A stretch of 64,000 bases of DNA from Mobula hypostoma (taxonomy: Eukaryota), in the NCBI RefSeq assembly GCF_963921235.1, contig NC_086097.1, forward strand, positions 181,352,001 through 181,416,000. The letters run 5' to 3'. The notes beneath the pieces are model-generated. The model was not told the DNA's origin. It saw nothing but the letters and a program-made list of their open reading frames with translations, and did no database searches. Shown piece by piece: positions 1 to 11,991 of this stretch; position 1 is the stretch's first letter; the number at the start of each line of letters is the position of its first letter. A program made the position numbers and the translations under genes.

Positions 1-482
1 GCCAACCAATTCTCTATCCACATCAATACCATACCCCCAATACTGTGTGCTTTAAGTTTGCACACCAATCTCCTGTGTGGGACCTTGTCAAAAACCTTTT
101 GAAAATCCAAATATACCACATCCACTGGTTCTCCCCTATCCACTCTACTAGTTACATCCTCAAAAAATCTGAGAGGTTCGTCAGACATGATTTTCCTTTC
201 ACAAATCCATGCTGACTTTGTCCGATGATTTCACCGCTTTCCAAATGTGCTGTTATCACATCTTTGAGAACTGACTCTAGCATTTTCCCCACCACTGATG
301 TCAGGCTTACCGGTCTATAATTCCCCGGTTTCTCTCTCCCTCCTTTTTTATAAAGCGGGGTTACATTAGCCACCCTTCAATCCTCGAACTAATCCAGAAT
401 CTAAAGAGTTTTGAAAAATTATCACTAATGCATCCGCTATTTCTTGGGATACTTCCTTAAGCACTCTGGGATGCAGACCATC
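1..482 (-). mobile_element. CR1 LINE ORF2 fragment (RT N-terminal region)
   Basis: ORF 152-373 has the CR1 motifs ANVTPLYKKG, PGNYRPVSLTSVVGK and SQHGFVKGKSCLTNL; GLHPRVLKE lies upstream. An older CR1 piece (KFPDDTK) adjoins at ~483-730. Confidence 0.9.
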
Positions 483-829
483 CTGAATATTGGCATTCAT
501 GCTTTGCTTAGTATCATCAGGAAACTTGGAAATATGATATTTGGTCCTCTTAGCCAAATCATTGATATCGCTTGTGAATAGATGGGGCCCAAGCACTAAT
601 TCCTGCAGTATCTTTAATCACACCTACTAATCTGACAAGTGTCTGTTTTTTCCCAATCTTTGTTTTCAGTCCAGTAATCAATTCTCATTCTATGTCAGCA
701 CATTACACCCAGTTGCATGTGCTGTATCCCGGTTGATCAACCTCTTGAGTGGGATCTTGTCACAAGATAACATTCACTACTCCCCCTTATCCGCCCTACC
801 AGTCACTTCCTCAACAAACTCCAGTGGAT

Positions 830-2850
830 CAAAAATACATGTTGACTTTGGTTGTCACAGACTTTATAAAATTAGTCATGGAAGAGTGTGTCCCCACAAA
901 ATCATTCAGGGTTTCCCCCCACCAGAAACCCTGGATGAACCATGAGATTTGCAATCTGCTGAGGGCCAGATCAGAGGCATTCAAGCCTGGCGACCAAGGA
1001 AGTTCCAAGAGGTCCAGCTACAATCTCTGGAAAGCCATCCCATGGGCAAAGTGGTGATTGTGAACTAAACTTGAATCAATGAAGGATGCTTGACAGCTGT
1101 GGCATGGCATGAATGTTATCACCTCTTACAAGGCGACATAAATTCCAGATGAGCTCAATAACTTTTATAATGGCTTTGTCCGTCAAAGTATGGAGGAACC
1201 ATCACAAGCTCCCACAGCTACCGATGACCGTATGCTTTCAGTCTCTGAGGCCAACATGAGAGCATCCTTCAGGAGGGTGAACCCACGGAAAGCATCTGGT
1301 GCAGACGGGGTGCCTGGCCGGGTAACAAAAACCTGTGCTGATCCTTTGGCTGGAGTGCTCACCGAGATCTTTAACCTCTCACTTCTGCAATGTGTGGTAC
1401 CACCTGCTTCAAACAGGTTTCAATTATACCAGTCCCCAAGAAGAATGTGGTAACATGCCTCAGTAACTATTGTCCAGTAGCACTGGCATCCACAGTGATG
1501 AAGTGTTTTGAGAGGCTGGTGATGAAATATATCAACTCCTGCCTGTGAAGTAACTTTGATCCTTCCCAATTTGCCCACTGGCACAACAGGTCCATGACAG
1601 ATGTCATTTTATTGTGCTTCACTCAACCCTGGAACAAATGGACTGGAAAGGTGCATACATCAGGATATTCTTTATCAACAACAACTGGGTATTCAGTGCT
1701 AACATCCTTTCAAGATTAATCAATAAGCTTCAAGACTTTGGCCTCAATACCTCCTTGTTTAATTAGATCTTTGATTTCCTCACTTGCAGAACTCCAGTCA
1801 GTTTGGAATGGCAAAAACTTCACTTCCACAATCTCCGTCTGCACAGGTTCACCACAAGGCTGTATGCTTGGCCTTTTGCTTTACTTGCTTTACACTTATG
1901 CCTGTGTGACTAACTACATCTCCAATGCTATATTTAAGTTTGCTGACAACACCACTGTCATAAGCCGAATCGAAAGTGTTGAGGAATCAGCATATTGGAG
2001 GGAGATTGAAAATCTGGCTGAGTGGTGTCACAACAACGACCTCTTACTCAATGTCAGCAAGACCAAGGAGCTGATTATTAATTTCAGGAGGAGGAAACCA
2101 GAGGTCCATGAGTCAGTCCTCATCAGGGGATCAGAGGTGGAGAGGGTCAGCAGCTTTAAATTCCCCTGTGTTATAATTTCAGAGGTCCTGTTCTGGGCCC
2201 AACACACAAGTGCAATTACAAAGAAAGTACCGCAGCACCTCTACTTCCTTAGAGGTTTGCGAACATTTGGCCTGGTATTGAAGTATCAATGCCTTGAACA
2301 AAAGGTCCTATGAAAATTGGTGGATACGGCCCAGTTCATCATGGGTAAAGCCCCCTCCACCGCTGACCACATCTGCATGGAGTGTTGTCGCAGGAAAGCA
2401 GCATCTGTCACCAGGGTCCCCCAACACCCAGGTCATGTTGTCTTCTCGCTGCTGCCATCAGGGCAAAGTAGTCTCAGCACTTGCACTACCAGGTTCAGGA
2501 ACAATTATTACCCTTCAACCATCAGGCTCTTGAACCAGAGGGATAACTTCACTCAACTTCACTTGCCCCCTTGCTGAACTGTTTCCACAAACTACGGACT
2601 CACTTTCAAAGACTCTTCATTTCATGTTCTCGCTATTTATTGCTTATCTATTAATATTTCGTTGTTTCTTTTTTTTGTATTTGCACAGTGTGTTGTCGTT
2701 TGCACACTGGTCTGCTCTGGTGGTGTGCAGTCTTTCCTTGATTCTACTATGGTTAATGGATTTGTTGAGTATGCCTGCAAGAATATGAATCTCACGGTTG
2801 TAAATGGTTACATGTACACTTTGGTAATAATAATGTTCATGAACTTCTGA
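830..2850 (+). mobile_element. Rex1/Babar-type non-LTR retrotransposon, 5'-truncated and decayed
   Basis: PHQKPWMN, RKASGADGVPGR, TGSPQGC, KFADNTTV, LNVSKTKELII and TTRFRNNYYPSTIRLLN are spread over several broken frames. Confidence 0.85.
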
Positions 2851-5139
2851 GTTATATAGTACTGAAATGGGCCGGCCTCTTTGACCCACCATGGCTGCAT
2901 CAACCATGCTTTAAATCTAATTGATCCCATCTGCCTGCTCATAGTTAATGTTCCTCCACCCCCCCCCCCCCACCAATTCCTTGCCTGTACATGTGCCTAT
3001 CTAAAAGCTCTTAAACATTGTTACTGTATCTGCTTCTACCACCTCTTGGCAGTATGTTCCAGGAGCTTGCCATTCATTATGCAAAAAAATTATTTGCCTT
3101 GCACATGACCTTAAACCCATGTCCTCCTGTATTTGATATTTCCGCACTTGGGGAAAAAGACTGTCTATGTACCCTGTCTGTGCCTCTCATAATTTAATAA
3201 ACTTATATTGGATTGACTCTTTGCCTCCAGAAAAAAAAATCTAAGTTTGTCTAACTTCTCCTTTTAGCTAATCATGCAACATTCTAGTGGAAAAAAAACT
3301 CTCTTGCACCCTCACCAAAGCCTTCTCATCCTTCTTAATAGTGTGACCAAAACTGTACACAGTACTCCAAATATGACCGAACCAAAATTTTATGCAGTGG
3401 CAGCAAGACTTGCCAGCTTTTATTCTCATTTGCCTGTCTGCTGAAGGCAAGGATGATATATGCCATCTTTACCACCCTATCCACTCATATACCTATTTTA
3501 GGAAGCTCGGTACATCAGTGGTCCTCAGGGTGCTGTCTTTTTGTTATATACTTTTGCACTTTACTTCCCAAAGTGCATCACTTATCCAGATAAGACTCCA
3601 TCTGCTAGCCTGTTGTATCATTGGACAGCCTTCCTCACATTCTATAACTAATCTTCATTGTTGTCTGCAAATATTATTTTTAAATCTTTCAGTGCAGATT
3701 CTATATTGTATTATTTCCAGGTGAGAGGTAACCAGTTCTCTCTTCTTAACAGCAATTCAGTTCATGTAGATATTTCTACTTCACTGTTCTTTGAAATACT
3801 TCTTAAAACCTCGCTGCTGACCAACCTTTTGATTATGTGTGCAAGCATCACCTTGTGTGACTCAATGCCAAATATTTGTCAGTGCCTTTCACCTGCCTTG
3901 GAATGTTTTACAATGTTGATAGTGACAAATAAAGCAGCCTATTGTTCTGCTGGAAAAGCACTCACTCTATTCACTCTCTCAAAACCTTCCTTAATTTTAA
4001 AGTGTTGAAGGTTGATCGAATTTAAACTTGTTGAAATGATAGAGATTCTGTACACAAGATCACAAGAAAGGACAAGAAAATGGAGCAGGAGTTGGTCACC
4101 TGTGCCCTCAAGCCTGCTCCATCATTCAATATGAACTGGCTGATCCAGCCCACGTCTCTGTGCCAGATCCCCATTGCCCTCAATCCCATGATTTTAAGTG
4201 AAAGTCAGCATATGTTGGTTAAATGTAAATAGCAGCATGGAGCCCAATTCCTCCAGGCCGATTGTGTTGCTGCTGAGCAAGGTAGTCCCATCTGCTGGTG
4301 TTTGGCCTTTAACCCTCAAAAACCTCTCCTGTCCATATACTTAACTGGATGGTGTTTTAATGTTGCTAATATACTCACCACAACCACTATTTCTGGCAGG
4401 TTGCTTCAGATACACACCACCTTTGCAGGCAGAAGCTGCCCCTAATGCCCCTTTTAAATCTCTCACCTCTGATCTTAAACCTATCCTCTCTTGTTTTTAA
4501 CAGCCTCTCCCTGGGAAAAAGACAATGTGTTTTATTCTGTCTGTGCTCTTCATGATCTTGTATACACCTGTCAGGGGGTTACCCCTCAAACTCTGTTCCA
4601 GAGAATAAAGTCCAGGTTTATGCAACATTGTAACTCTGTAGCTTGACTAATGAGATGGAATTGTTGGATAAGGGAATGGAGAAGTTTTGTGGCCACTGCG
4701 GTTGATATACTTATTGTGGTCAGATGGATAGAGAGTATACAGTGGGGTAAATAAGTTGTAAAATATTTTATGTTGAGATCTGTGATTCATTTTGGAATGA
4801 GGTAAGAGCTGGTAAGTTATGAACTAATTAGAAAAGATTAGCTTTATTTGTCACATCAAAACATACTGTGTAATGTGTTGTTTGTACCAACAACCAATGC
4901 AGTCTAAGGATATGCTGGGGCAACCCACAAGCATAACCATTCTTTCAGTGCCAATGTAGCATGTCCACTACTTGCTAAGCCTTACACATCCATCTTTGGA
5001 ATGTGGGAGGAGCAGTCACAGGGTGAATGTCTGAACTCCTTACTGGGGTGGGAATTGGACTCACATTGCTGGTTTTGTAAATTGTTGTGCTGGCTGCTGT
5101 GCTACCCTGTCGGACAGAGGTACAGGGGTCTTGTATACA

Positions 5140-5210
5140 TACAGTACTGTGCAGACGTTTTAGACACATATATATAACTAAGGTGCCTAAGACTTCCATA
5201 CAGTGCTGTA
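5140..5210. mobile_element. Short palindromic Tc1/mariner-type MITE (related copy at ~5616-5680)
   Basis: TA-flanked inverted ends tacagtactgtg...tacagtgctgta, with inner inverted ttagacac/gtgcctaa. Confidence 0.55.
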
Positions 5211-6144
5211 CTGTATTCGTCAACATGGAGTGGAGAACAAGTTCATAAATCTAGGGATGAAAGGATTTTGGGAATGGTGAGAATGGAGCGCCCCGGGAGG
5301 GAGTATGGAACATGTAGCAGAGAAAGAGTGCCAGGGGTAGAGAGTGGTGTGGGTGCAGGCACACTTAGCCCTGAGATACCAGACAAGATCACTTGATTCC
5401 AAACAATTGGCTTAATAATCAGTAGAGAATGTCTCTCTGGTCTTTTCCTGCTCCCTCTCCTTTCCCTTCCTTTTCCCAACTATGATTCCCTTCTTCCTGC
5501 CCTCTTCCCACTCTCACTCTATAATAGAGACTCATCGGAATTAGATTTATCATCATTCATATATGTCATGATTTTTTTTTTCATGGCAGAAATATAGTGC
5601 AATATATACAATGACTACAGTACTATACAAAAGTCTTGGGCACCACAAATACTTATGGTGCTTAGGGGTTGCCCAGCATATAATATCAGGTGCTGTTTGG
5701 TGGGAGTTTACACGTTCTCTCTCTGAACGTGTGCATATCCTCCCACCCCTCACCTCCCAAAGCCTTGCTCGTAGGTCCATTGGCCGCCAACCTCTTAGTT
5801 TAGTTGAACATCAAAATAAATCAAAGGTATGTTGATGGGCACGTGACAGGATATGTTGCATGGAAACAGAGTGGAGGGGCAGTGGGACTGTGAGAATTTA
5901 TTCTCTGGAAGCTGAGATCTCTGGAGATTGGATGTGGAGAGGATGTTTCCCCTTGTGCACAATATAGAGCTTGAAGTTATTGTTTAAGAATAGTGGGTTA
6001 TTGTTTAAAGCAAATGAAACAAACTCTGAGGTTTGTGAATCGTTGGAACTCCCTTCCTTAAAAACCAGTGGAACCGGTCTTCGAATAGTTTCAAGACAGG
6101 TGGGTTATACTTTTTGAAAAGTAATGGAGTGAGTGGTCATCACA

Positions 6145-6296
6145 ACCAACACACATCAAAGTTGCTGGTGAACGCAGCAGGCCAGGCAGCATCTCTAGGA
6201 AGAGGTACAGTCGAGGTTTCAGGCCGAGACCCTTTGTCAGTCACCAGCATCTTTGATGTGTGTTGCTTGAATTTCCAGCATCTGCAGAATTCCTGT
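6145..6296. mobile_element. 152-bp fold-back mini-derivative of the Penelope-like element
   Basis: Left arm is the reverse complement of the pLTR end up to the hammerhead core; right arm is the last ~56 nt including the tail. TSD tgagtggtcatcaca (6130-6144) / tgagtggttatcaca (6297-6311). Confidence 0.85.
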
Positions 6297-6504
6297 TGAG
6301 TGGTTATCACAGATAGGTTTGAATGGAAAGTTGAGGTTACAGATTGGCCATGATCTCATTAGGTGGGGGTGTGTATTTGAGGGGCAGAGCAGGTGATATG
6401 TGCTCTAAATGTGTAGTTATGGCAGGAATATCAGTAACCCAAGGAGACAGGTTTGAGATAATTGGTTGAGGAAACAGTGTAGCACCATGGTGAATTTTGC
6501 TTGG

Positions 6505-7075
6505 GAGGCCACTTTGTTGATCACCTTTGCCCTATCTACCAAAAAAAGCTGGATTTCCCGGTGGCCACTACTTCCCATTTCTATTCTGACATGTCAGTCC
6601 ATGTCCTCCTCTATTGCCTGGAGGAACAACTCTGTACTTTCCATCTGGATTGCCTCTAACCTGTGGCATGAACATCGGTTTCTTAAACTTCTGGTAATAT
6701 CCCCCCCCCCCACACTATACACTATTCTTGTTTCCCTCTCACACATTTCTCTTCGTACCTGCCCATCACCTCCCTCTAGTGCTCCTCCCCCTTCCTTTTC
6801 TTCCATGGTCTTCCATCCTCTCTTATCAGATTCCCTCTTCTCCAGCCCTTTATCTCTTTCACCAATGAGCTTTCTAGCTCTTCACTTCATCCCCTCCTCC
6901 TCTTCTGATATCATCTGCCACCTTGTATTTCTTCCTCCCTTCTTTCTTATTCTGACTTCTGTCCTTCCTTTCCAGTCCCAGTGAAGGATCTTGGCCGAAA
7001 TCATCAACTGTTTTCTCTTTTTCATTGATGCTGCCTGGCCTGCTGAGTTCCTTCAGCATTTTTTGTGTGTTCCTT
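6505..7075 (+). mobile_element. Older Penelope-like element 3' end (GIY-YIG tail plus pLTR, degenerate hammerhead at ~6974-7010)
   Basis: ctgacatgtc...tggaggaacaac...ctctaacctg and the terminal gatgctgcctggcctgctgagttcc resemble the young copies. Confidence 0.75.
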
Positions 7076-7103
7076 TTAGTATCTTGTCTGTATGAACAAT
7101 GTC

Positions 7104-7365
7104 TTCATGATTTTTATAAATTACCTGGATGAGGAAATGGAGGGATGGATTAGTAAATTTGCTGATGACACAAAGGTTAGGAGTGTTGTGGATCGTGTGG
7201 GGGGCTTTCACAGATTACAGCGGGACATCGATAGGATGCAAAACTGGGCTGAGAAGTGGCAGATGGAGTTCAACCCAGGTAAGTGTGAGGTGTTTCATTT
7301 TGGTAGGTCAAATATGATGGCAGAATATAGAATTAATGGTCTGACTTGGCAGTGTGGAGGATCAG
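7104..7365 (+). mobile_element. CR1 RT fragment
   Basis: FINYLDEEMEGWISKFADDTKV...WAEKWQMEFNPGKC. Confidence 0.9.
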
Positions 7366-8029
7366 AATTGTAGCATACCTGTCTATTCAATTGAGAGCAA
7401 AATGTTGTCTCTCTCTTTAAATATTTGTTGGACCTACATGCTAACTTTTTATTGTTCATGCACTAGAACATCTCAATTCTTTTGAACTTCACTCATTTGC
7501 TTTCTCTCTCCATTGAGATGATAACTTGCCTTTTGATTCACCTTACTGAAGTACATGCATGAGCTCACATTTGCTAACATTACACTCCATTTGTCAGGTT
7601 TGCTTCCATTCACTCAATTGCACTACAGCCCATTGCAGAATTGTAATGTGCTCAGCACACCATGCCCCTGCACCTATTTTTGCATAATTAGAAAACTCAG
7701 AAACATTACATTTTGTTTTCTTCTCCAGGTCATGAATGTAAATAGTAAACAGTTGAGGGCCAAGAGTCAGTCCTTGAGGTCATTCCACTAATTACAGCCA
7801 CCAGCCTGAAAAGAAGCTGTTTATTCCAACCGTCTGCTTTCTGTGAGACAGCCAGTTCTGATTCCATACTAAAAGATTCTTCCAATAACTTGGGTTCTTA
7901 AATTTATGCATAAGCCTTCTGTGTGTCACATTGTCAAATGTCTTTCAGAATATAAATATGCTGCTTTTACAGGTTCCCAAACCTTGCTTAAAACCAGATT
8001 GATCAGGTTTGATTAAGCTGATGCTGAGG

Positions 8030-9275
8030 TGCATTCTCGGATGTGCTAAGACATATCATCAGTGATGTAACCTGGGGTCATCGGGTGTTTCAGGTCTTTC
8101 AACATCAGACTTGATCAGGCTCTGGCTTGTGTTCCAGCAGTACTGGTCCACTAGTCATACCTTTTGATCCATAGGCATCTGGAGGTTTGCTCAGCAGCCT
8201 CTGTGACAGTCCTGATGGCTCTTTTCTTTGCAGCCTATGTAATGCCAAGAAGAGTATAGGTTCTGCACAGTAAGCAGCCAGCAAAACCTCTACACCCCAC
8301 CTCTATAGGCTTGCATCGTGCCCTCCACCCGTCTCTGGCACTGTTCTACCAGCTCCTGGTACTGAGCTTTCTTATGTTCAAAAGCCTTCTCAATCTAGTC
8401 TTCCTAAGGATCTGCCATTTCTACCATGACCACCTGCTTCAAGGTTTCTGACATAATGATTCTGTCAGGCCTCAGGGATGATGTGATGGTCAGGAAATTT
8501 TAATTGTTTCCCAAGATTGACTTTCAGTTGCCAGTCAGATCCATGGTGAGCAAGCCTACTGGTGGTCTGTGCTGAGGCTCTAGTTGGCTTCCAGTTTTGA
8601 GAGAGGCTATGGGCTTTATGGGTTGGGAGAGGTGCGTACTGTTGTTAATGTCTGAGGAGATGCTTTCTGCCACTACCTTCAGCACCTCGTTATGGCACCA
8701 GTGAAAGCAGTCTTTTCCCAGGACCTTTAGGTGGCTGCTGAGGATATATACCAGGGTCCCTCTGCCATGGCAGAGAGTACAAAATGGTGCCTCACTTTTG
8801 CCCCAGGCGAAAAGGTTTGCTGGGCTAGGCAGGATATGGTACACGACCTGGATAATGAACTTGATGCGCTGGGGTTCTGCCTGCCAGATGTTGGACCAGA
8901 AGATCTTCCACTTCAGCGCACCCTCCCACCTTGTCCAAGCTCCCTGCTGCCCCTGGTGATATGCACTTCCATGACATCTCCTCGCATCTCTTCCTGGGCA
9001 AATTTACATCTGTCTCTGCTCTGGGCCCTGTCGAGGTGGGTTGGATGAAAGCTGCCCAGCCCTGCATGACCAGACACCACTGTCCCAGCTGGATCCCTGT
9101 GGCTTGGACATGACTCAGTCATCTCTGCTGCATCCTTGGCCTTCTATTTCCCGCCTGTTTTAATGCCTGCTGATGAGACTGAGGTTGTTGGAATCTCTGT
9201 ACAGCAGCAATTCTCTTGAACGGGAAACCATGAACTCATTCAAGCTGCTGAAGGGAAGCTGCAGTTTATTCCTCT
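8030..9275 (-). mobile_element. HERO-type (restriction-like endonuclease) non-LTR retrotransposon relic, 3' part
   Basis: YHILPSPANLFAWGKSEAPFCTLCHGRGTLVYILSS (degenerate CCHC). Hand translation of the minus strand at ~8480-8275 gives SLRPDRIIMSETLKQVVMVE...KKAQYQELVEQC...RARCKPIEVGCRGFAG (PD..E endonuclease), with stops and frameshifts. Confidence 0.8.
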
Positions 9276-10433
9276 TCAACTAAATGGCTTGGTCTATAGC
9301 TCACCACCTTCTGTCATCCACCTTTTTTGATCAAGGGAATCAACTGGCTGCTCTCCAGTTTTCTTGTGCCCTGCCGGAATTTAGTGAGTTCTGAAAATGT
9401 TCAATGAAAGGATCCACTGTCTGCAGTCACTTCCTTTAGGGTTGAGACTCGTCACCCAGACTAGAAAGAAGAGGTGAAGGTGGATCAAAGAGCTGAAGAA
9501 TGATAGGAGGATCCAGATGATGGAGTGCGGAATAGGGATGATGCAAGAAGCAGGGAGGTGATCACTGATCAGTAAACTCTGTTTGAGAACTTGTTGTGTT
9601 CAAATTTCTTATGTTCCTGCAATGATAAAGCTTAAAAAAGAAATTAGCTGCTAAGCATTTTGAGCTGTCATAGGACTGCGGATATTGCAGTAGAAGTGGA
9701 GCAACTTTCATTTTGATGTTATTTATCCTGACCAGAATTTGTGAAGACTTAGAAACACTTTCTGATCAGATGTGATTCCTTGCTATCCCTGTAGTCACCA
9801 GATAGTTTCATGTGTTGTGAGTGTTAGTCACAACTTCTGAATAATCACTCCCCAGCAGGCTCGTTGCTGGAAGCCACACTGCTTTCTGCAAAAAAAAAAG
9901 TGGATGTGATAGTTTTTAAAGATGAAGTTGTTCTGTGTGAGTGTTGTACTTAGGATCAGAACTCTTACCTGACGCTTTCTCAGTATTATGGATCTTTCTG
10001 GGTTTTCTCACACTCTGAATATTACCAGAGAGAGAGTATGTGAAATTGAAGGCAGATGCCTGCAAAATTCAGCCCTTTATGATCAGTCACCTCCTTTCTG
10101 CATTCCACAAGGTTTTGGAGAAAGATAAGATGTGTCTTCAGGAACAGACAAGTCCCAGGATGTCGAACAGACCAAATGAATCTACAAAGGTTTTGATTAA
10201 ACAAAAGTGAAAGGTGCCTTCATGTGATTGGGATCAGTGATGAGCTAAGGCTAGTTCAAAATTGTCATTGAGAGGTAAGGGGGAATTTCATTAATGTGAG
10301 CACGTGGGAGAGTACAATAGTTTCCCATAGTGGTTGGGAAAGTCTCCAGAGCAAACTTAAGAAAATACAAGCAACACACATCAAAGTTGCTGGTGAACGC
10401 AGCAGGCCAGGCAGCATCTGTAGGAAGAGGTGC

Positions 10434-10469
10434 AGTCGACGTTTCGGGCCGAGACCCTTCGTCAGGACT
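10434..10469 (-). ncRNA. Minimal type I hammerhead ribozyme
   Basis: Reverse complement reads AGUC-CUGACGA-A-GGGU(CUCG)GCCC-GAAA-C-GUC^GACU. Confidence 0.8.
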
Positions 10470-11845
10470 AACTGAAGGAAGGGTGACTAAGGGATTTGAA
10501 AGTGGGTGGGGGAGGGGGAGATCCAAAATGATAGGAGAAGACAGGAGGGGGAGGGATAGAGCCAAGAGCTGGACAGGTGATAGGCTAGAGGGGATACGAG
10601 AGGATCATGGGACAGGAGGTCCGGGAAGAAAGACGGCGGGGGGGACCCAGAGGATGGGCAAGAGGTATATTCAGAGGGACAGAGGGAGAAAAAGGAGAGT
10701 GAGAGAAAGAATGTGTGCATAAAAATAAGTAACAGATGGGGTACGAGGGGGAGGTGGGGCCTTAGCGGAAGTTAGAGAAGTCGATGTTCATGCCATCAGG
10801 TTGGAGGCTACCCAGATGGAATATAAGATGTTGTTCCTCCAACCTGAGTGTGGCTTCATCGTTACAGTAGAGGAGGCCGTGGAGAGACATGTCAGAATGG
10901 GAATGGGATGTGGAATTAAAATGTGTAGCCACTGGGAGATCCTGCTTTCTCTGGCGGACAGAGCGTAGATGTTCAGCAAAGCTTCTTTTTGGACTCAAAG
11001 CTCTACGCTTCTTTTTGGATTCCAGACCTAATCAGTTCCCCTCTACCACCACTCTGCTCCGTCTAGCGGAATTAGTCCTTACTCTTAATAATTTCTCCTT
11101 TGGCTCCTCCCACTTCCTCCAAACTAAAGGTGTAGCTATGGGCACCCGTATGGGTCCTAGCTATGCCTGCCTTTTTGTTGGGTTTGTGGAACAATCTATG
11201 TTCCGTGCCTATTCTGGTATCTGTCCCCCACTTTTCCTTCGCTACATCGACGACTGCATTGGCGCTGCTTCCAGCACGCATGCAGAACTCATTGACTTTA
11301 TTAACTTTGCCTCCAACTTTCACCCTGCCCTCAAGTTTACCTGGTCCATTTCCGACACCTCCCTCCCCTTTCTAGATCTTTCTGTCTCTGTCTCTGGAGA
11401 CAGCTTATCCACTGATGTCTACTATAAGCCTACTGACTCTCACAGCTATCTGGAAGACATCTTCCTCAGGTTGGAGGAACAACACCTTATATTCCGTCTG
11501 GGTAGCCTCCAACCTGATGGCATGAACATCGACTTCTCTAGCTTCCGCTAAGGCCCCACCTCTCCCTCGTACCCCATCTGTTACTTATTTTTATGCACAT
11601 ATTCTTTCTCTCACTCTCCTTTTTCTCCCTCTGTCCCTCTGAATATACCTCTTGCCCATCCTCTGGGTCCCCCCCCCCTTGTCTTTTTTCCCGGACCTCC
11701 TGTCCCATGATCCTCTCGTATCCCCTTTTGCCTATCACCTGTCCAGCTCTTGGCTCTATCCCTCCCCCTCCTGTCTTTTCCTATCATTTTGGATCTCCCC
11801 CTCCCCCTCCAAATTTCAAATCCCTTACTCACTCTTCCTTCAGTT

Positions 11846-11881
11846 AGTCCTGACGAAGGGTCTCGGCCTGAAACGTCGACT
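11846..11881 (+). ncRNA. Minimal type I hammerhead ribozyme
   Basis: agtc ctgacga a gggtctcggcct gaaa c gtc gact; predicted cleavage after 11877. Confidence 0.8.
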
Positions 11882-11991
11882 GCACCTCTTCCTACAGATG
11901 CTGCCTGGCCTGCTGCGTTCACCAGCAACTTTGATGTGTGTTGCTTGAATTTCCAGCATCTGCAGAATTCCTGTTGTTTAAGAAAATACAA

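Larger units (their letters stand above)
10371..11977. mobile_element. Penelope-like element (Neptune-type), fold-back copy 1: inverted pLTR/GIY-YIG arm, RT core fragment, then sense pLTR with tail
   Basis: RT motifs QTKGVAMGTRMGPSYACLF, FLRYIDD and PFLDL. The endonuclease end RLEEQHLIF..LGSLQPDGMNIDFS occurs on both strands. Perfect 14-bp TSD ttaagaaaatacaa (10357-10370 / 11978-11991). Confidence 0.93.

Noticed and set aside
8060..8112. ctgatg...gaaac motif in the HERO 3' UTR as another hammerhead
   Set aside because: It lacks CUGANGA correctly placed relative to GAAA, and no helix I/III with an NUH triplet can be formed.
10330..10722. Recurrent ORFs LLVNAAGQAAS... and SVSPDEGSRPETST...
   Set aside because: Incidental translations of the non-coding pLTR; PDEG..PETS is simply the hammerhead core read as codons.
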